In this document: positions 54,303-62,467 of the stretch, piece after piece
Layout: every line of letters starts with the position of its first letter
Numbering within the stretch: position 1 is the stretch's first letter
From: Solirubrobacteraceae bacterium
GTDB taxonomy: Bacteria > Actinomycetota > Thermoleophilia > Solirubrobacterales > Solirubrobacteraceae
Assembly: GCA_016463515.1 (NCBI GenBank)
Contig: JAEMRF010000002.1
Location: 15,081-79,080 of the forward strand
Length of the DNA: 64,000 bases
Reading direction: 5' to 3'
Notes under the pieces: model-generated
What the model saw: the letters and a program-made list of their open reading frames with translations, nothing else
What the model was told of the DNA's origin: nothing
Databases searched by the model: none
Program-made: the position numbers and the translations under genes

Positions 54303-54330
54303 ATCGCCATGCTTTGGGTGGTCAAACGGG

Positions 54331-55467
54331 CTACAGGCGTTGACGATGCTCCGGTGTCAAGAGGGTCTCTAGGAGCCCCACGTACTCAAGACGGTCAAGC
54401 CCTTCCCGATCGGGACTGTTGCCTAGTACGGCTGCAACGTTGGTGCCTTTGGTGAGCGGGAAGCTCTCCGGCTTGTACGCATGCGCGACGTGGTTCGTGA
54501 CGGCCCCGCGATCGGCGAAGAGGAACGGGAACCGACGAAAGCGCCAGCGGATCAAGTACTCGTCCTGCGCGTCTCGCCCCATCACGGCGACAGCGAGTCG
54601 GCGAGCAGACGCGCGGGCGTACGGGTAAGGCGGCTTGTCAGCTACGAACAGCACCGTGAACTCCGCTTGGAGCGCGTGACGACCCCAGTAGGCGAAGAGG
54701 GCATACGCGTCGAACTTCCGCCTCATCTGACCAGGCCTCTGAGTGTTGGCGTACTCCACCAAGACGTAGCGTCGGCGTCCGTGGACGTCGAGGACCAGGG
54801 TCATGTCAGGTCTGATCCACGGGAGTTCGCCGCTCACCCGCGTCCCGCCGTTCGGCGGAATGAGCCCGAGTTCGCGAACGAGGTAGAACCCTGTCGAGTT
54901 GAGGTGGCGGTCCATGTCGTTGCAGTCGGCCATCGCCATCGTCTTGCCGTTGATCCGGACCTTCGGGGCGAGGAGAGCCTCCGCCCAGATGGACACGACC
55001 GTGACGTCATCCACTCGCTTGAGCTCGTGAGCTAGGTCGAGCGCCAAGGACGTGGCCTTGATGCGGTGACGACTGTGCTCGTCCGGCGTCGGGCTGGGTG
55101 CGAAGCCGTTGCGCGTCTCGGGCGGCCGCACGCCTGGGCCAAGCAGGTCCGAGCCCAAGCTGGGCGATCGGGACTCCAGCGATAGCGCCTCGCGACAGCC
55201 CCTCTTCGTGATCGACCAGACGGAGGGCCAGCGCCCGCCGTCGAGTGACCGCTGGTGATGCTGCGTGGCAAGCTTGCGCTCCTCGAGATCCCTCAGGTGC
55301 GGGCCGAGATCCTTGCGGCCGAGCCATAGCCGCAGCTGAACCGTGTTGGCGGCCCCCAGGCCGAGAAGCAGCAAAAGGATCCGGCACTGCACGTTGTTGA
55401 TCTCGCCGCGTCGCCTCGGGCGGCGCTTGGCCTTGGCGTGCGTCGGCAGGTGCTTGTCGGTCGACAC
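54331..55467 (-). CDS. Replication-relaxation family protein.
   Basis: The GTG at 55467 has a GGAGGA RBS 6 nt upstream. An N-terminal wHTH (ILLLLLGLGAANTVQL) is followed by the nuclease-like core RPDMTLVLDVHGRRRYVLVEYANT. Confidence 0.65.
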   Translation of the reverse strand: MSTDKHLPTHAKAKRRPRRRGEINNVQCRILLLLLGLGAANTVQLRLWLGRKDLGPHLRDLEERKLATQHHQRSLDGGRWPSVWSITKRGCREALSLESRSPSLGSDLLGPGVRPPETRNGFAPSPTPDEHSRHRIKATSLALDLAHELKRVDDVTVVSIWAEALLAPKVRINGKTMAMADCNDMDRHLNSTGFYLVRELGLIPPNGGTRVSGELPWIRPDMTLVLDVHGRRRYVLVEYANTQRPGQMRRKFDAYALFAYWGRHALQAEFTVLFVADKPPYPYARASARRLAVAVMGRDAQDEYLIRWRFRRFPFLFADRGAVTNHVAHAYKPESFPLTKGTNVAAVLGNSPDREGLDRLEYVGLLETLLTPEHRQRL

Positions 55468-55686
55468 TTTGCGTCCTCCGTCGTTCGGGCAGGGCGACGA
55501 ATCGTCCTGAGAGACCCGGTCACGCGGCTCGGTCTCACGGTCGAGCAAGGCGTGGTGACGGCCGTCTCCGGGGTCGTGAGGGATCCATTGCTCAGCCACA
55601 CGCGACTGTCCGGCCAACTGGTCTCGACTGCGAGCACGGGTGGACCGCCCGTCGACGGCCTCGCTACTCGACGGCTCCGTCCTGCG

Positions 55687-56223
55687 TCATGCCGTTGCGT
55701 AGTCGGTCAGGAAGAAGGACAGCGCGACGAGACGGCTGCGCAGAGCATCATCGGCTTCGGTCTCGCTCATGGAGCCAGCGACATACGCGAGGTTGGCCAG
55801 AGCCGAATGCCGTTGGACGGGATCGACTTCGGCGAGTGCCTGAGCGAGCTCGGTCTCGACGCGAACCATTCGAGTGATCGGCCGGTCGTCGTAGACGACG
55901 AGTCTTCGACCTGCGCCCTGGATCGTCAGTGCCCACCGCCGCGGGCAGCGCCACGTCAATAGGCCGCCGGCGTTGACGTTGACGGTCAGCGCGTGGACGT
56001 GCCGGCCATCGTCGACCTCAACCACGACATCGGTGCCGATCGTGAGGATCTGATCCTCGGGCACCGTCGCTGAGATGAGTGTTCCACGCAGCCAGTCGTC
56101 AGCGGGGGCAGCGCCCACCTGGATGCGGACGGGGCGGTCGACGAACTCCTGGAGGGCCGCAATAAGAGCGCGGGCGTCGAGACCGGGGCCCCCGAACCGG
56201 CTCGTGAGCGGCCTCTCGGTCAC
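55687..56223 (-). CDS. Hypothetical protein (178 aa), coupled to the upstream LAGLIDADG-like gene.
   Basis: The GTG start overlaps the upstream TGA (GTGA). A decayed paralogue lies at 42716-43256. Confidence 0.6.
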   Translation of the reverse strand: MTERPLTSRFGGPGLDARALIAALQEFVDRPVRIQVGAAPADDWLRGTLISATVPEDQILTIGTDVVVEVDDGRHVHALTVNVNAGGLLTWRCPRRWALTIQGAGRRLVVYDDRPITRMVRVETELAQALAEVDPVQRHSALANLAYVAGSMSETEADDALRSRLVALSFFLTDYATA

Positions 56224-57323
56224 CGCGGTTCGTCTTTTCGCGGTCGGCTCCGGTAGGCAGCTGCGATCTCGAGCTGCCGCCGTTTCTGCGGGAGGGAGTC
56301 GGCAAACGCCGCGAGCAGAACCGAGGCTGCCTGCTGCGCGCTGCGGTGAGAGAGCATCACTGCCCAGAGCTCGGACCCGGCGTCGTGGCGGTAGGACGGG
56401 ACGGGGCGACCCAGGATCGGAGACCAATACGCCGCGCACTGAGCCATCAGCCGCCTTGTCCCGATCCACTTGATGTACGGCGACGCTTGTCTGTCCGCGC
56501 GCTTGCCCTTCGTGCTTCCGTCGCCATCGAGCAGCCCCAGCCAGCAGGCCGCGCTATCTGCGAGCTCGGGGGAGAGCTCAAGTGTGAGCGACTTCTGCGG
56601 CGTGATCCCGAGCGTGGCGAGATCGGTCGCCATGCGCTTAGAGAAAGTGACCGCCGCTGCGGAACATGTGCTCGGCCTGCGATGCAGTGGGCGATCGGGG
56701 CTCCCGAGGAACCCTAGATACGCCATCAAGTGGTCCTCGTTGCGCTCGTTCTGGACGAGTGTGATTCGGCTCTCGTGCACATTGCCATCGGCCGCGAGGA
56801 AGCCGGCCCAGTAGTCGCGGGCGGGGGATGGGTACGCAAACGCGTCTTGATTGAGCGGGTGCTTCCGGGCTTGGTCTGCAGGGTCGGCCGACACGACGCC
56901 CGCTCGGGCCAGGTGACGGCGTACGGTCCCCTCGCTGCGTCCGAGGGACTGGGCAATCACGGCGCGGGAGTGACCGGAGCGAGCCATAGCGATCATCCAG
57001 TCTCGCTCACCGGTACTGACGTGGGGTTGGGCAAAGTCCACGCGGCCGTCAGCTCGGCCGCCGCGTCCATGTGCTGGGCCGACCGGCATCCCGGCGCGCC
57101 TGACGTAGCGGGTCACGGTCTTTGGGTTGCGGCCTGTTCTGCGGGCCGTCTCCCGGAGGCTCGCGCACTCGCCATAGATCCGGAGGATCTCCGCGATCTC
57201 GGCTTCCGGGAGGCTGTTCCCGCCGCTGGTCGCCTCGGCCACCGCGCGCTGTGCGCGGCTTGGCGCCGTGCGCGACGAGGGTGTGTCTTGTTCCATGTCA
57301 TCGTCCGTCATCCGTGAGCTCAT
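56220..57323 (-). CDS. DNA-binding protein with two N-terminal HTH motifs and a double LAGLIDADG-like domain.
   Basis: HTH 1 is ASLRETARRTGRNPKTVTRYVRRAG and HTH 2 is SRAVIAQSLGRSEGTVRRHLARAG. The LAGLIDADG-type motifs are YWAGFLAADGN and CWLGLLDGDGS. The start is at ATG 57323, with an alternative at 57311. Confidence 0.7.
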   Translation of the reverse strand: MSSRMTDDDMEQDTPSSRTAPSRAQRAVAEATSGGNSLPEAEIAEILRIYGECASLRETARRTGRNPKTVTRYVRRAGMPVGPAHGRGGRADGRVDFAQPHVSTGERDWMIAMARSGHSRAVIAQSLGRSEGTVRRHLARAGVVSADPADQARKHPLNQDAFAYPSPARDYWAGFLAADGNVHESRITLVQNERNEDHLMAYLGFLGSPDRPLHRRPSTCSAAAVTFSKRMATDLATLGITPQKSLTLELSPELADSAACWLGLLDGDGSTKGKRADRQASPYIKWIGTRRLMAQCAAYWSPILGRPVPSYRHDAGSELWAVMLSHRSAQQAASVLLAAFADSLPQKRRQLEIAAAYRSRPRKDEPR

Positions 57324-57355
57324 GACAACAGAAAGATAATCACCAATAATGATGT
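57324..57355. promoter_or_regulatory. AT-rich divergent promoter/operator region between the LAGLIDADG-like gene and marR.
   Basis: GACAACAGAAAGATAATCACCAATAATGATGT has -10-like GATAAT and AATAAT boxes. The marR ATG follows within a few nt, so the transcript may be leaderless. Confidence 0.4.
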
Positions 57356-57742
57356 ATGTCAATCGCGGCGGGACGCTCCGCCCACCACGTGACTGACCTA
57401 TCCCGCCGGCGCGTCTGGCGAACCGCGGCGCGCTTCAGGCGCCTGCAGGTCGCCGCCAGGGCGGCGCAGCTCGACCCGACCGAGTGGAGCGTCCTGGCGT
57501 ACCTGTCGTGCCAGGATGAGGTGACGGTGTCGGCATTGAGCGCTGATCTGGCCGTCCAGACCGGCAGCCTCGCAAACGCGCTCAGCCGTTTGTCCTCGCG
57601 AGAACTCATCGAGCCCATTGCTGCTGACAGCGATCGCCGCCGACGCGCGTATCGGCTCACCGAGAAGGGAGAGAATCTGCTGGACGAGCTCACGCCTGCG
57701 TTCGAGAACGCGCTCGACGATCCGTCGCAGTCGACGAGCTGA
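57356..57742 (+). CDS. MarR-family transcriptional regulator.
   Basis: EWSVLAYLSCQDEVTVSALSADLAVQTGSLANALSRLSSRELI...DRRRRAYRLTEKG forms the wHTH and wing. Confidence 0.85.
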   Translation: MSIAAGRSAHHVTDLSRRRVWRTAARFRRLQVAARAAQLDPTEWSVLAYLSCQDEVTVSALSADLAVQTGSLANALSRLSSRELIEPIAADSDRRRRAYRLTEKGENLLDELTPAFENALDDPSQSTS

Positions 57743-57806
57743 AGGGTGTCGCGATCGGTCACCGCTGGTCGAGCGCCGTGACCGTGAGGCTCAGTAAGAC
57801 TCCTGT

Positions 57807-58322
57807 GTGCAGCGCGGCACCACCACATCGCCCACTGGGAACACATCGGCACTTGCCCGAAGCAATCGCCTGGCTCGGTTCGAGTTCCAGATCGCAACCG
57901 TCACCGATGGCACGATCGCTTGGGGGCGGTCGACGGGCGGGCGTGCTCCTGCTGCTGCGTCGGACTCGAGCGGCGTGGCGCACGATCAGCCGTGCCCCCG
58001 AGGCTGCGGAGGCGCGCAGCGCGCCGACCGGAAACTGGGCAACCCGCTGGCACTCCGGCCCGGCCAGGAATGGGCCTCGGCCGAGCAGCTTGCACGCCGC
58101 TTTGACATGTCGCTGAAGTGGATCCACAAGCACCGCGCACACCTCGGCGGCCGCCGAATCTCGCCGGACGCTGCGAACTCGAAGTGGAAGTTCCACGTCC
58201 CGACCGCAGACGCGTGGATGAGCGCCGGCATGGTTGAACCGAAGCGACCCGCCCAACGCCGGGCGCGCGCCGTCGCTGAGCCGACGGCCGCCGGTGGCTC
58301 GCGTCGTGACTTCCGGCGATAG
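57807..58322 (+). CDS. Possible excisionase-like HTH protein. Only the C-terminal ~90 codons look real and the start is unknown.
   Basis: WASAEQLARRFDMSLKWIHKHRAHLGGRRIS...KWKFHVPTADAWM resembles Xis/AlpA-type HTH proteins. The N-terminal part of the ORF is low-complexity. Confidence 0.35.
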   Translation: MQRGTTTSPTGNTSALARSNRLARFEFQIATVTDGTIAWGRSTGGRAPAAASDSSGVAHDQPCPRGCGGAQRADRKLGNPLALRPGQEWASAEQLARRFDMSLKWIHKHRAHLGGRRISPDAANSKWKFHVPTADAWMSAGMVEPKRPAQRRARAVAEPTAAGGSRRDFRR

Positions 58323-58570
58323 CGGCTTCTGCCGTGGGTCCGGGGTGACCCGACGGGCGGCTCGTGCCTGTTGCCTATCGCCGTGCTCAGTTTGCGACAG
58401 CCCGGCGCCTAGATCGGTTTGGGGGCTCCCATGGGTCGAGCTCGAATGATCGACTGTCATCCGCGCGCCATGGTCAACGAGTGGACGAGCAAACGCGGCG
58501 AACGGAACGTGGACCAGCCCATGCAGGTTGGCCTTGCCAACGGCCCGCCGGTCCGGTCGACTGCTCATGA

Positions 58571-59209
58571 ATGACTGACATGGTGACCGCAGCCCAACTC
58601 GCCGACGAGCTCGGCGTCACGTCGAACCGCCTGCAGAAGTGGCTGCGAGCCCGCAAGGCCGACGGACACCCGCTGCTCGCCGCCAAGTCGCAGTTCGGCG
58701 CGTGGCTGTTCCCGCGTGAAGCCGCGAATCAACTGGCCGAGGAGTTCGAGGCCGCGGACGCCAACGGGCACGTCAGTGACTCCGCGGTGCAGCGGCGCGC
58801 CGAGGAGGTTATTCGGGCTCTGTTGTCGGACCGACTCGGCATACCGCTCGTTCCGCGCACGATCCAGCTGAAGGCCGGTGCGCCGGTCCAGGTCGACGCA
58901 GCGTCGCCAGACGGCACCGTCCTGGCGGAGATCTTCGCCCGCCAGGGAGCGCTGAAGGGCGGCCAGCAGAAGAAGGTTGCGATCGACACCCTGAAGCTCA
59001 TCACCGTTCGGCATGAGCAACCGGAGGTGAAGCTCATGCTCTGCTTCGCCGATCAGGATGCGGCCGCGTACGCCACAGGGGGAGGCTGGGTCGCGCAGGC
59101 TCTGCGGACCTGGGAGGTCGGCGTCGAGGTCGTCGACATCCCCGACGATCTCCGCACTGAGATTCTCGCCGCGCAGCTGGGCCAGACGATGGTCAACCCG
59201 ACGCCCTGA
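58571..59209 (+). CDS. HTH-domain protein (212 aa) with a C-terminal domain of unknown function.
   Basis: The N-terminal VTAAQLADELGVTSNRLQKWL is a MerR/Xis-like HTH. The C-terminal VDAASPDGTVLAEIFARQGALKGGQQKK may be nuclease-like. Confidence 0.6.
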   Translation: MTDMVTAAQLADELGVTSNRLQKWLRARKADGHPLLAAKSQFGAWLFPREAANQLAEEFEAADANGHVSDSAVQRRAEEVIRALLSDRLGIPLVPRTIQLKAGAPVQVDAASPDGTVLAEIFARQGALKGGQQKKVAIDTLKLITVRHEQPEVKLMLCFADQDAAAYATGGGWVAQALRTWEVGVEVVDIPDDLRTEILAAQLGQTMVNPTP

Positions 59210-59259
59210 GCGCACCCTGGGCCTCCCCGGCAGCGCCACCGGTGATCAGCGGCTACCGG

Positions 59260-60621
59260 TCACGCTCGCTCGACCCACGTTGCCACTCGCGGATCGAGCA
59301 CCCGCGGAACCTTCTGCTGATAGATCTCCAACAGCATCCGCGCATCCCTGTGCCCCGCCTGATGCTGGGCGAAGTTGATCGGGTGCCCGGCCCAGTACAG
59401 GTACGTCAGGTACGTGCGCCGGAAGGTGTGCGGTGTGATCCGCTCAGGAAGCGGGTCCTGCCCGCGCTGCGCGAGCAGCTCGTTCGCGCGCGCGGCGACA
59501 GGCCCGAGCAGCCGGCGCACCGCGTGGCGGTCGCGGCGACCACCGGAGCCGCTCGGGAAGAGCAGGCCGCTGGCCGCGCCGATCTCCCGGCGACGGGTCT
59601 CCAGGATCTTCCGAGGGAGCGGATGCAGCTCGATCACGCGGCGCCCGGCAGCCGTCTTGGCGTCGGCGACGCGCAATCCCTCCGAGCGCAGATCGGCCAG
59701 CGTGAACGCACAGAGCTCACTGTTGCGCGGGCCGGCGAGCCCGAGGCACGCGATCAGGTCGTAGCGCCCGGTCGGCAGGCCGTCCGTCTCGGCGACCGGC
59801 CGCCGCGAGTCGAGGTCCCGCGCGGCGTCGAGCAGCGCCTGGAGCGCATCCGGCATCAGCCACGTGCGGTCGGGCTCTTCGCGTGGCGGACGCCGGCGCG
59901 CGGTGGGGTCGCGGATCACGAGGTCGTGGTCGTCCTCGGCGAGCCGGATCGCATCGCGCAGGCGGTTCAGGCAGCGGTTGATCTCGTTGCTGGACAGGCC
60001 GCGCGTGCTGATCGAGAACCGGCCGGTGGCCTGCGGGTCCGAGGCACGGCGGCCACCGCCGCGCTGTCCGTAGCGCATGAGCATCCGCCACTCGTGAACG
60101 TCGAGTTGCTCTCGCAGCGCGTCGGGGTCTCGCAGGGTTGCGTCGTCGAGTTCGGCCAGCGTGTCGGGGAGGTCGCACAGGATCTCGCGCTCGGCGCGCT
60201 TGACCTCGATGAACTCCGCGACCAGCGGGCCCGTCAGCTCGTCGACCGTGCGCAGGCGATCACCGTCGTAGGCGAAGAACGGCCCGACGTGTGCCTCGAT
60301 CGGGAAGAGGTACGCATCGCGGGTGCGGCGGTTGTCGTACCGCGCGCAGATCATGCGGTGGTAGTCGCTGAGGATGTCTGCGACCACAAGGGCGGTCGGC
60401 TCTTGCGCCTGTGGCTGCAGACCTCCCGCATGGTCCCACCAGGCCTGCCCGAGTTGGGCCATCGGCAGCAGCCGGGTCTTCAGTAGCGCTTCCACCTCCG
60501 AGCGCCGGACATCGGGGGCATGCCCGATGAGGACCTGGCGATCGCGGATGCGCACGTAGTACGCCAGGTGGCCGTCGGCCGAGGGCCGCTCGCGGATGCT
60601 GCCGGTCAGCGGGCGCGGCAT
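59260..60621 (-). CDS. int: Tyrosine-type site-specific integrase.
   Basis: RNSELCAFTLADL (Arg I), HTFRRTYLT (HxxR) and GHRDARMLLEIYQQ (His and the catalytic Tyr). The start is set at ATG 60621 (MPRPLTGSIRERP), downstream of the tRNA fragment. Confidence 0.9.
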   Translation of the reverse strand: MPRPLTGSIRERPSADGHLAYYVRIRDRQVLIGHAPDVRRSEVEALLKTRLLPMAQLGQAWWDHAGGLQPQAQEPTALVVADILSDYHRMICARYDNRRTRDAYLFPIEAHVGPFFAYDGDRLRTVDELTGPLVAEFIEVKRAEREILCDLPDTLAELDDATLRDPDALREQLDVHEWRMLMRYGQRGGGRRASDPQATGRFSISTRGLSSNEINRCLNRLRDAIRLAEDDHDLVIRDPTARRRPPREEPDRTWLMPDALQALLDAARDLDSRRPVAETDGLPTGRYDLIACLGLAGPRNSELCAFTLADLRSEGLRVADAKTAAGRRVIELHPLPRKILETRRREIGAASGLLFPSGSGGRRDRHAVRRLLGPVAARANELLAQRGQDPLPERITPHTFRRTYLTYLYWAGHPINFAQHQAGHRDARMLLEIYQQKVPRVLDPRVATWVERA

Positions 60622-60672
60622 GCTCGCCACCCCGGCGCTCGGCCGCAAAAGAGGAATGATTGAGGAAAAGCT

Positions 60673-60698
60673 CCGTACACCGGTTACCGGTTGTACGG
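60673..60698 (-). terminator. Imperfect palindrome CCGTACA-CCGGT-T-ACCGG-T-TGTACGG between the tRNA fragment and int. It could be a terminator or a recombinase-binding site.
   Basis: On the minus strand it is followed by AGCTTTTCC. Its right arm forms part of the att-proximal inverted repeat. Confidence 0.35.
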
Positions 60699-60709
60699 AT
60701 TTGCAGGGA
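60693..60709. repeat. Right arm of the att-proximal inverted repeat.
   Basis: GTACGGATTTGCAGGGA is the near reverse complement of 29-46. Confidence 0.45.
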
Positions 60710-60726
60710 CTATGGGAAGGGTGCCA

Positions 60727-60768
60727 CCCGCGTGTGAAGCGAGCGCTCTCCCACTGAGCTACGCGCCC
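60727..60768 (-). pseudogene. 5' half of tRNA-Val(CAC): acceptor strand, D-arm and anticodon stem-loop only.
   Basis: The minus strand reads GGGCGCG TA GCTC AGTGGGA GAGC G CTCGC TTCACAC GCGGG, then TGGCACCCTTCCCATAG. No T-arm (GTTCxAxxC) and no 3' acceptor strand follow. Confidence 0.7.
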
Positions 60769-60776
60769 TCGAGCCT

Positions 60777-60789
60777 GAGCATAGCCACC
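60777..60789 (-). promoter_or_regulatory. Probable native tRNA promoter -10 region (minus strand GGTGGC-TATGCT-C).
   Basis: TATGCT fits TANNNT and ends 9 nt upstream of the tRNA 5' G. The same 13-mer occurs at 155-167. Confidence 0.4.
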
Positions 60790-60894
60790 CGCGCCCGTTC
60801 CGCGGCGGCCGAACCCCACGTCGACAACGTCCGCCACATCCGGTCACCACCCCGGTTCTCCTCGTGTCACCCCGACGAACCACAGGAGACCGAC

Positions 60895-61602
60895 ATGTCA
60901 CGCACCATCACCACCGTCGCCGTCCTCGCGGCCGCCGCCCTCGCCGTCCCCGCCGCCAGTGCTGCGCCGCCCGTGGTCGGCGGCGCGGCGCCGCTCATCG
61001 CGAAGAGCGCGCCGACCGGCCTGCCCGATCCGAACGACGCGCAGTTCCGCGTGCCCGCCGGCATGGTCGAGCACCGCGTCTGGACCCGCACCGTCACCGG
61101 TCGCAACGCGGTGCCCGCGAACGAGCGCCACGAGCTGTGGCTCAGCGCCACGCGGTCGCGGGTCGTCGTGACCGACGCGAAGACGAAGGCGCTGCTCCGT
61201 GAGGTCACGACCTCGCCGACGGAGACGCGCGTCTATGACGCCGAGACGGGCAAGCTGCGCGTGACGCGTCACAGCGCCGAGCGGCCGCCCCACCAGTCCG
61301 CGACCTACGAGCAGGCGCTGCACCGCGCGTACGTCACGGGCGGGTTCATGGAGATCACCGGTGAACGGACGGTGGCGGGCCGGCGCCACCTCGTGCTCGT
61401 CTCCGTGCCGGGGAAGTGGCGCAGCGACGAGCCGGACTCAAGGACGACCGCCGTGGTCGACGCCGAGACGTTCGCGCCGCACCAGCTCACGTCATCCGTC
61501 CCTGACCTGTTCACCCAGCAGGTGACCCACCGCGTCGTCGAGCGGCTGTCGACAGGCAAGGCCGTCAACGCCAAGCTGAAGATGCGCAAGCACCGCCGAT
61601 GA
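60895..61602 (+). CDS. Secreted hypothetical protein (235 aa).
   Basis: An AGGAGA RBS precedes the ATG. Signal peptide TITTVAVLAAAALAVPAASAAPP. Confidence 0.65.
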   Translation: MSRTITTVAVLAAAALAVPAASAAPPVVGGAAPLIAKSAPTGLPDPNDAQFRVPAGMVEHRVWTRTVTGRNAVPANERHELWLSATRSRVVVTDAKTKALLREVTTSPTETRVYDAETGKLRVTRHSAERPPHQSATYEQALHRAYVTGGFMEITGERTVAGRRHLVLVSVPGKWRSDEPDSRTTAVVDAETFAPHQLTSSVPDLFTQQVTHRVVERLSTGKAVNAKLKMRKHRR

Positions 61603-61710
61603 CCCGCGACCGGCACGGCGCGAAACTTCGGACAGCAAGTCCGCAACGCCCGCGCGCCGTGCCGGTTTGCAGCTCTGCCGGATCCGCCGCACACCCAAAG
61701 GACCCACCGC

Positions 61711-62196
61711 ATGTTCCGCTCCCATCTCCGCACCGCCGTCGTCGCCGCCGTGGTCACCGCGCTCGTGACCGCCGGTGGCGCTTACGCCGTCGATGTCGTG
61801 CTGAACCCCGGTGCGAGCGCGGTGGTCGTCGAGAAGCCCGTCACGATCAAGGCGGGCGAGCGCAACCCGGTCGACTTCCCGGGGCTGCGCGGCGACCAGG
61901 CGGGCGAGCCGCTGCCGAAGGGCTACGTCGCGGTCGGCTACAGGGTCAGCGTCACCCAGGGCCGCGAGTTTCTCTACCCGAGCTTCACGGTGTCGTGTCC
62001 GCGCGGACGCCGGCTTGTGACGTTCGCCGGGGAGGGCCCGGTGACGATGCAGCTCGTCGGCCCGAACCCGTTCACCCGGCGGACTGGCGTTGGGTACCGC
62101 GGCAAGCGCAGCTGGGCGATCATCGTCAGGTACAACGACAACGAGATCCGCAGCGGTCAGACGATCTCGGCGACGATCTATGCCCTCTGCCGCTGA
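61711..62196 (+). CDS. Secreted hypothetical protein (161 aa).
   Basis: Signal peptide LRTAVVAAVVTALVTAGGAYA. Composition is coding-like. Confidence 0.65.
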   Translation: MFRSHLRTAVVAAVVTALVTAGGAYAVDVVLNPGASAVVVEKPVTIKAGERNPVDFPGLRGDQAGEPLPKGYVAVGYRVSVTQGREFLYPSFTVSCPRGRRLVTFAGEGPVTMQLVGPNPFTRRTGVGYRGKRSWAIIVRYNDNEIRSGQTISATIYALCR

Positions 62197-62467
62197 CCTG
62201 CGGCGCGCCGCCGGCGCGGTCGCCCTCGCCGCGGTGCTCGCCGTCGGCGGCGCCCCCGCGCCCGATGCCGGTGCAGCCACCCGCGCGCGCGTGTGCGTGA
62301 CGTCCACCGTGGTCCTCGACAGCCCCGGCGGGTTCACCGTCGGGTACCTGTTCCGCGGTGACCGCGTGACGATCTCGCGCCGGTCGAAGAACCGCAAATG
62401 GGCACGCGTCAGCACGCCGACCGACCTGCGCGGCTGGGTCCGCGCCAAGAACCTCTGCCGCCGATGA
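62180..62467 (+). CDS. Secreted SH3-like domain protein (95 aa).
   Basis: A signal peptide is followed by VLDSPGGFTVGYLFRGDRVTISRRSKNRKWARVSTPTDLRGWVRAKNL, a bacterial SH3 pattern. Confidence 0.6.
   Translation: MPSAADLRRAAGAVALAAVLAVGGAPAPDAGAATRARVCVTSTVVLDSPGGFTVGYLFRGDRVTISRRSKNRKWARVSTPTDLRGWVRAKNLCRR

Larger units (their letters stand above)
1..60768. mobile_element. Putative integrated, mosaic genomic island delimited by direct repeats of a tRNA-Val 5' segment, with a tyrosine integrase at the right end.
   Basis: There is an exact repeat of at least 24 nt (1-24 and 60745-60768). An integrase lies at 59260-60621. An imperfect inverted repeat sits just inside both ends (29-46 and 60693-60709). 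The interior is rich in defence-type and mobile-type genes. Caveat: tyrS, pheA and murD-like genes also lie inside. Confidence 0.4.

Noticed and set aside
60691-60768. The possibility that the right-hand tRNA-like sequence is a complete tRNA-Val gene.
   Set aside because: After the anticodon stem the sequence is TGGCACCCTTCCCATAGTCCCTGCAAATCC. It has no T stem-loop (GTTCxAxxC) and no CGCGCCC 3' acceptor strand within the expected ~35 nt.
60622-60837. N-terminal extension of the integrase ORF (59260-60837) running through the tRNA fragment.
   Set aside because: The extension covers the palindrome and the tRNA-like sequence and has junk composition. The integrase-like sequence begins at the ATG at 60621 (MPRPLTGSIRERP).
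60691-60894. N-terminal extension of ORF 60691-61602 across the tRNA fragment and promoter.
   Set aside because: The ATG at 60895 has an AGGAGA RBS and starts a typical signal peptide. The upstream part overlaps the tRNA-derived sequence.
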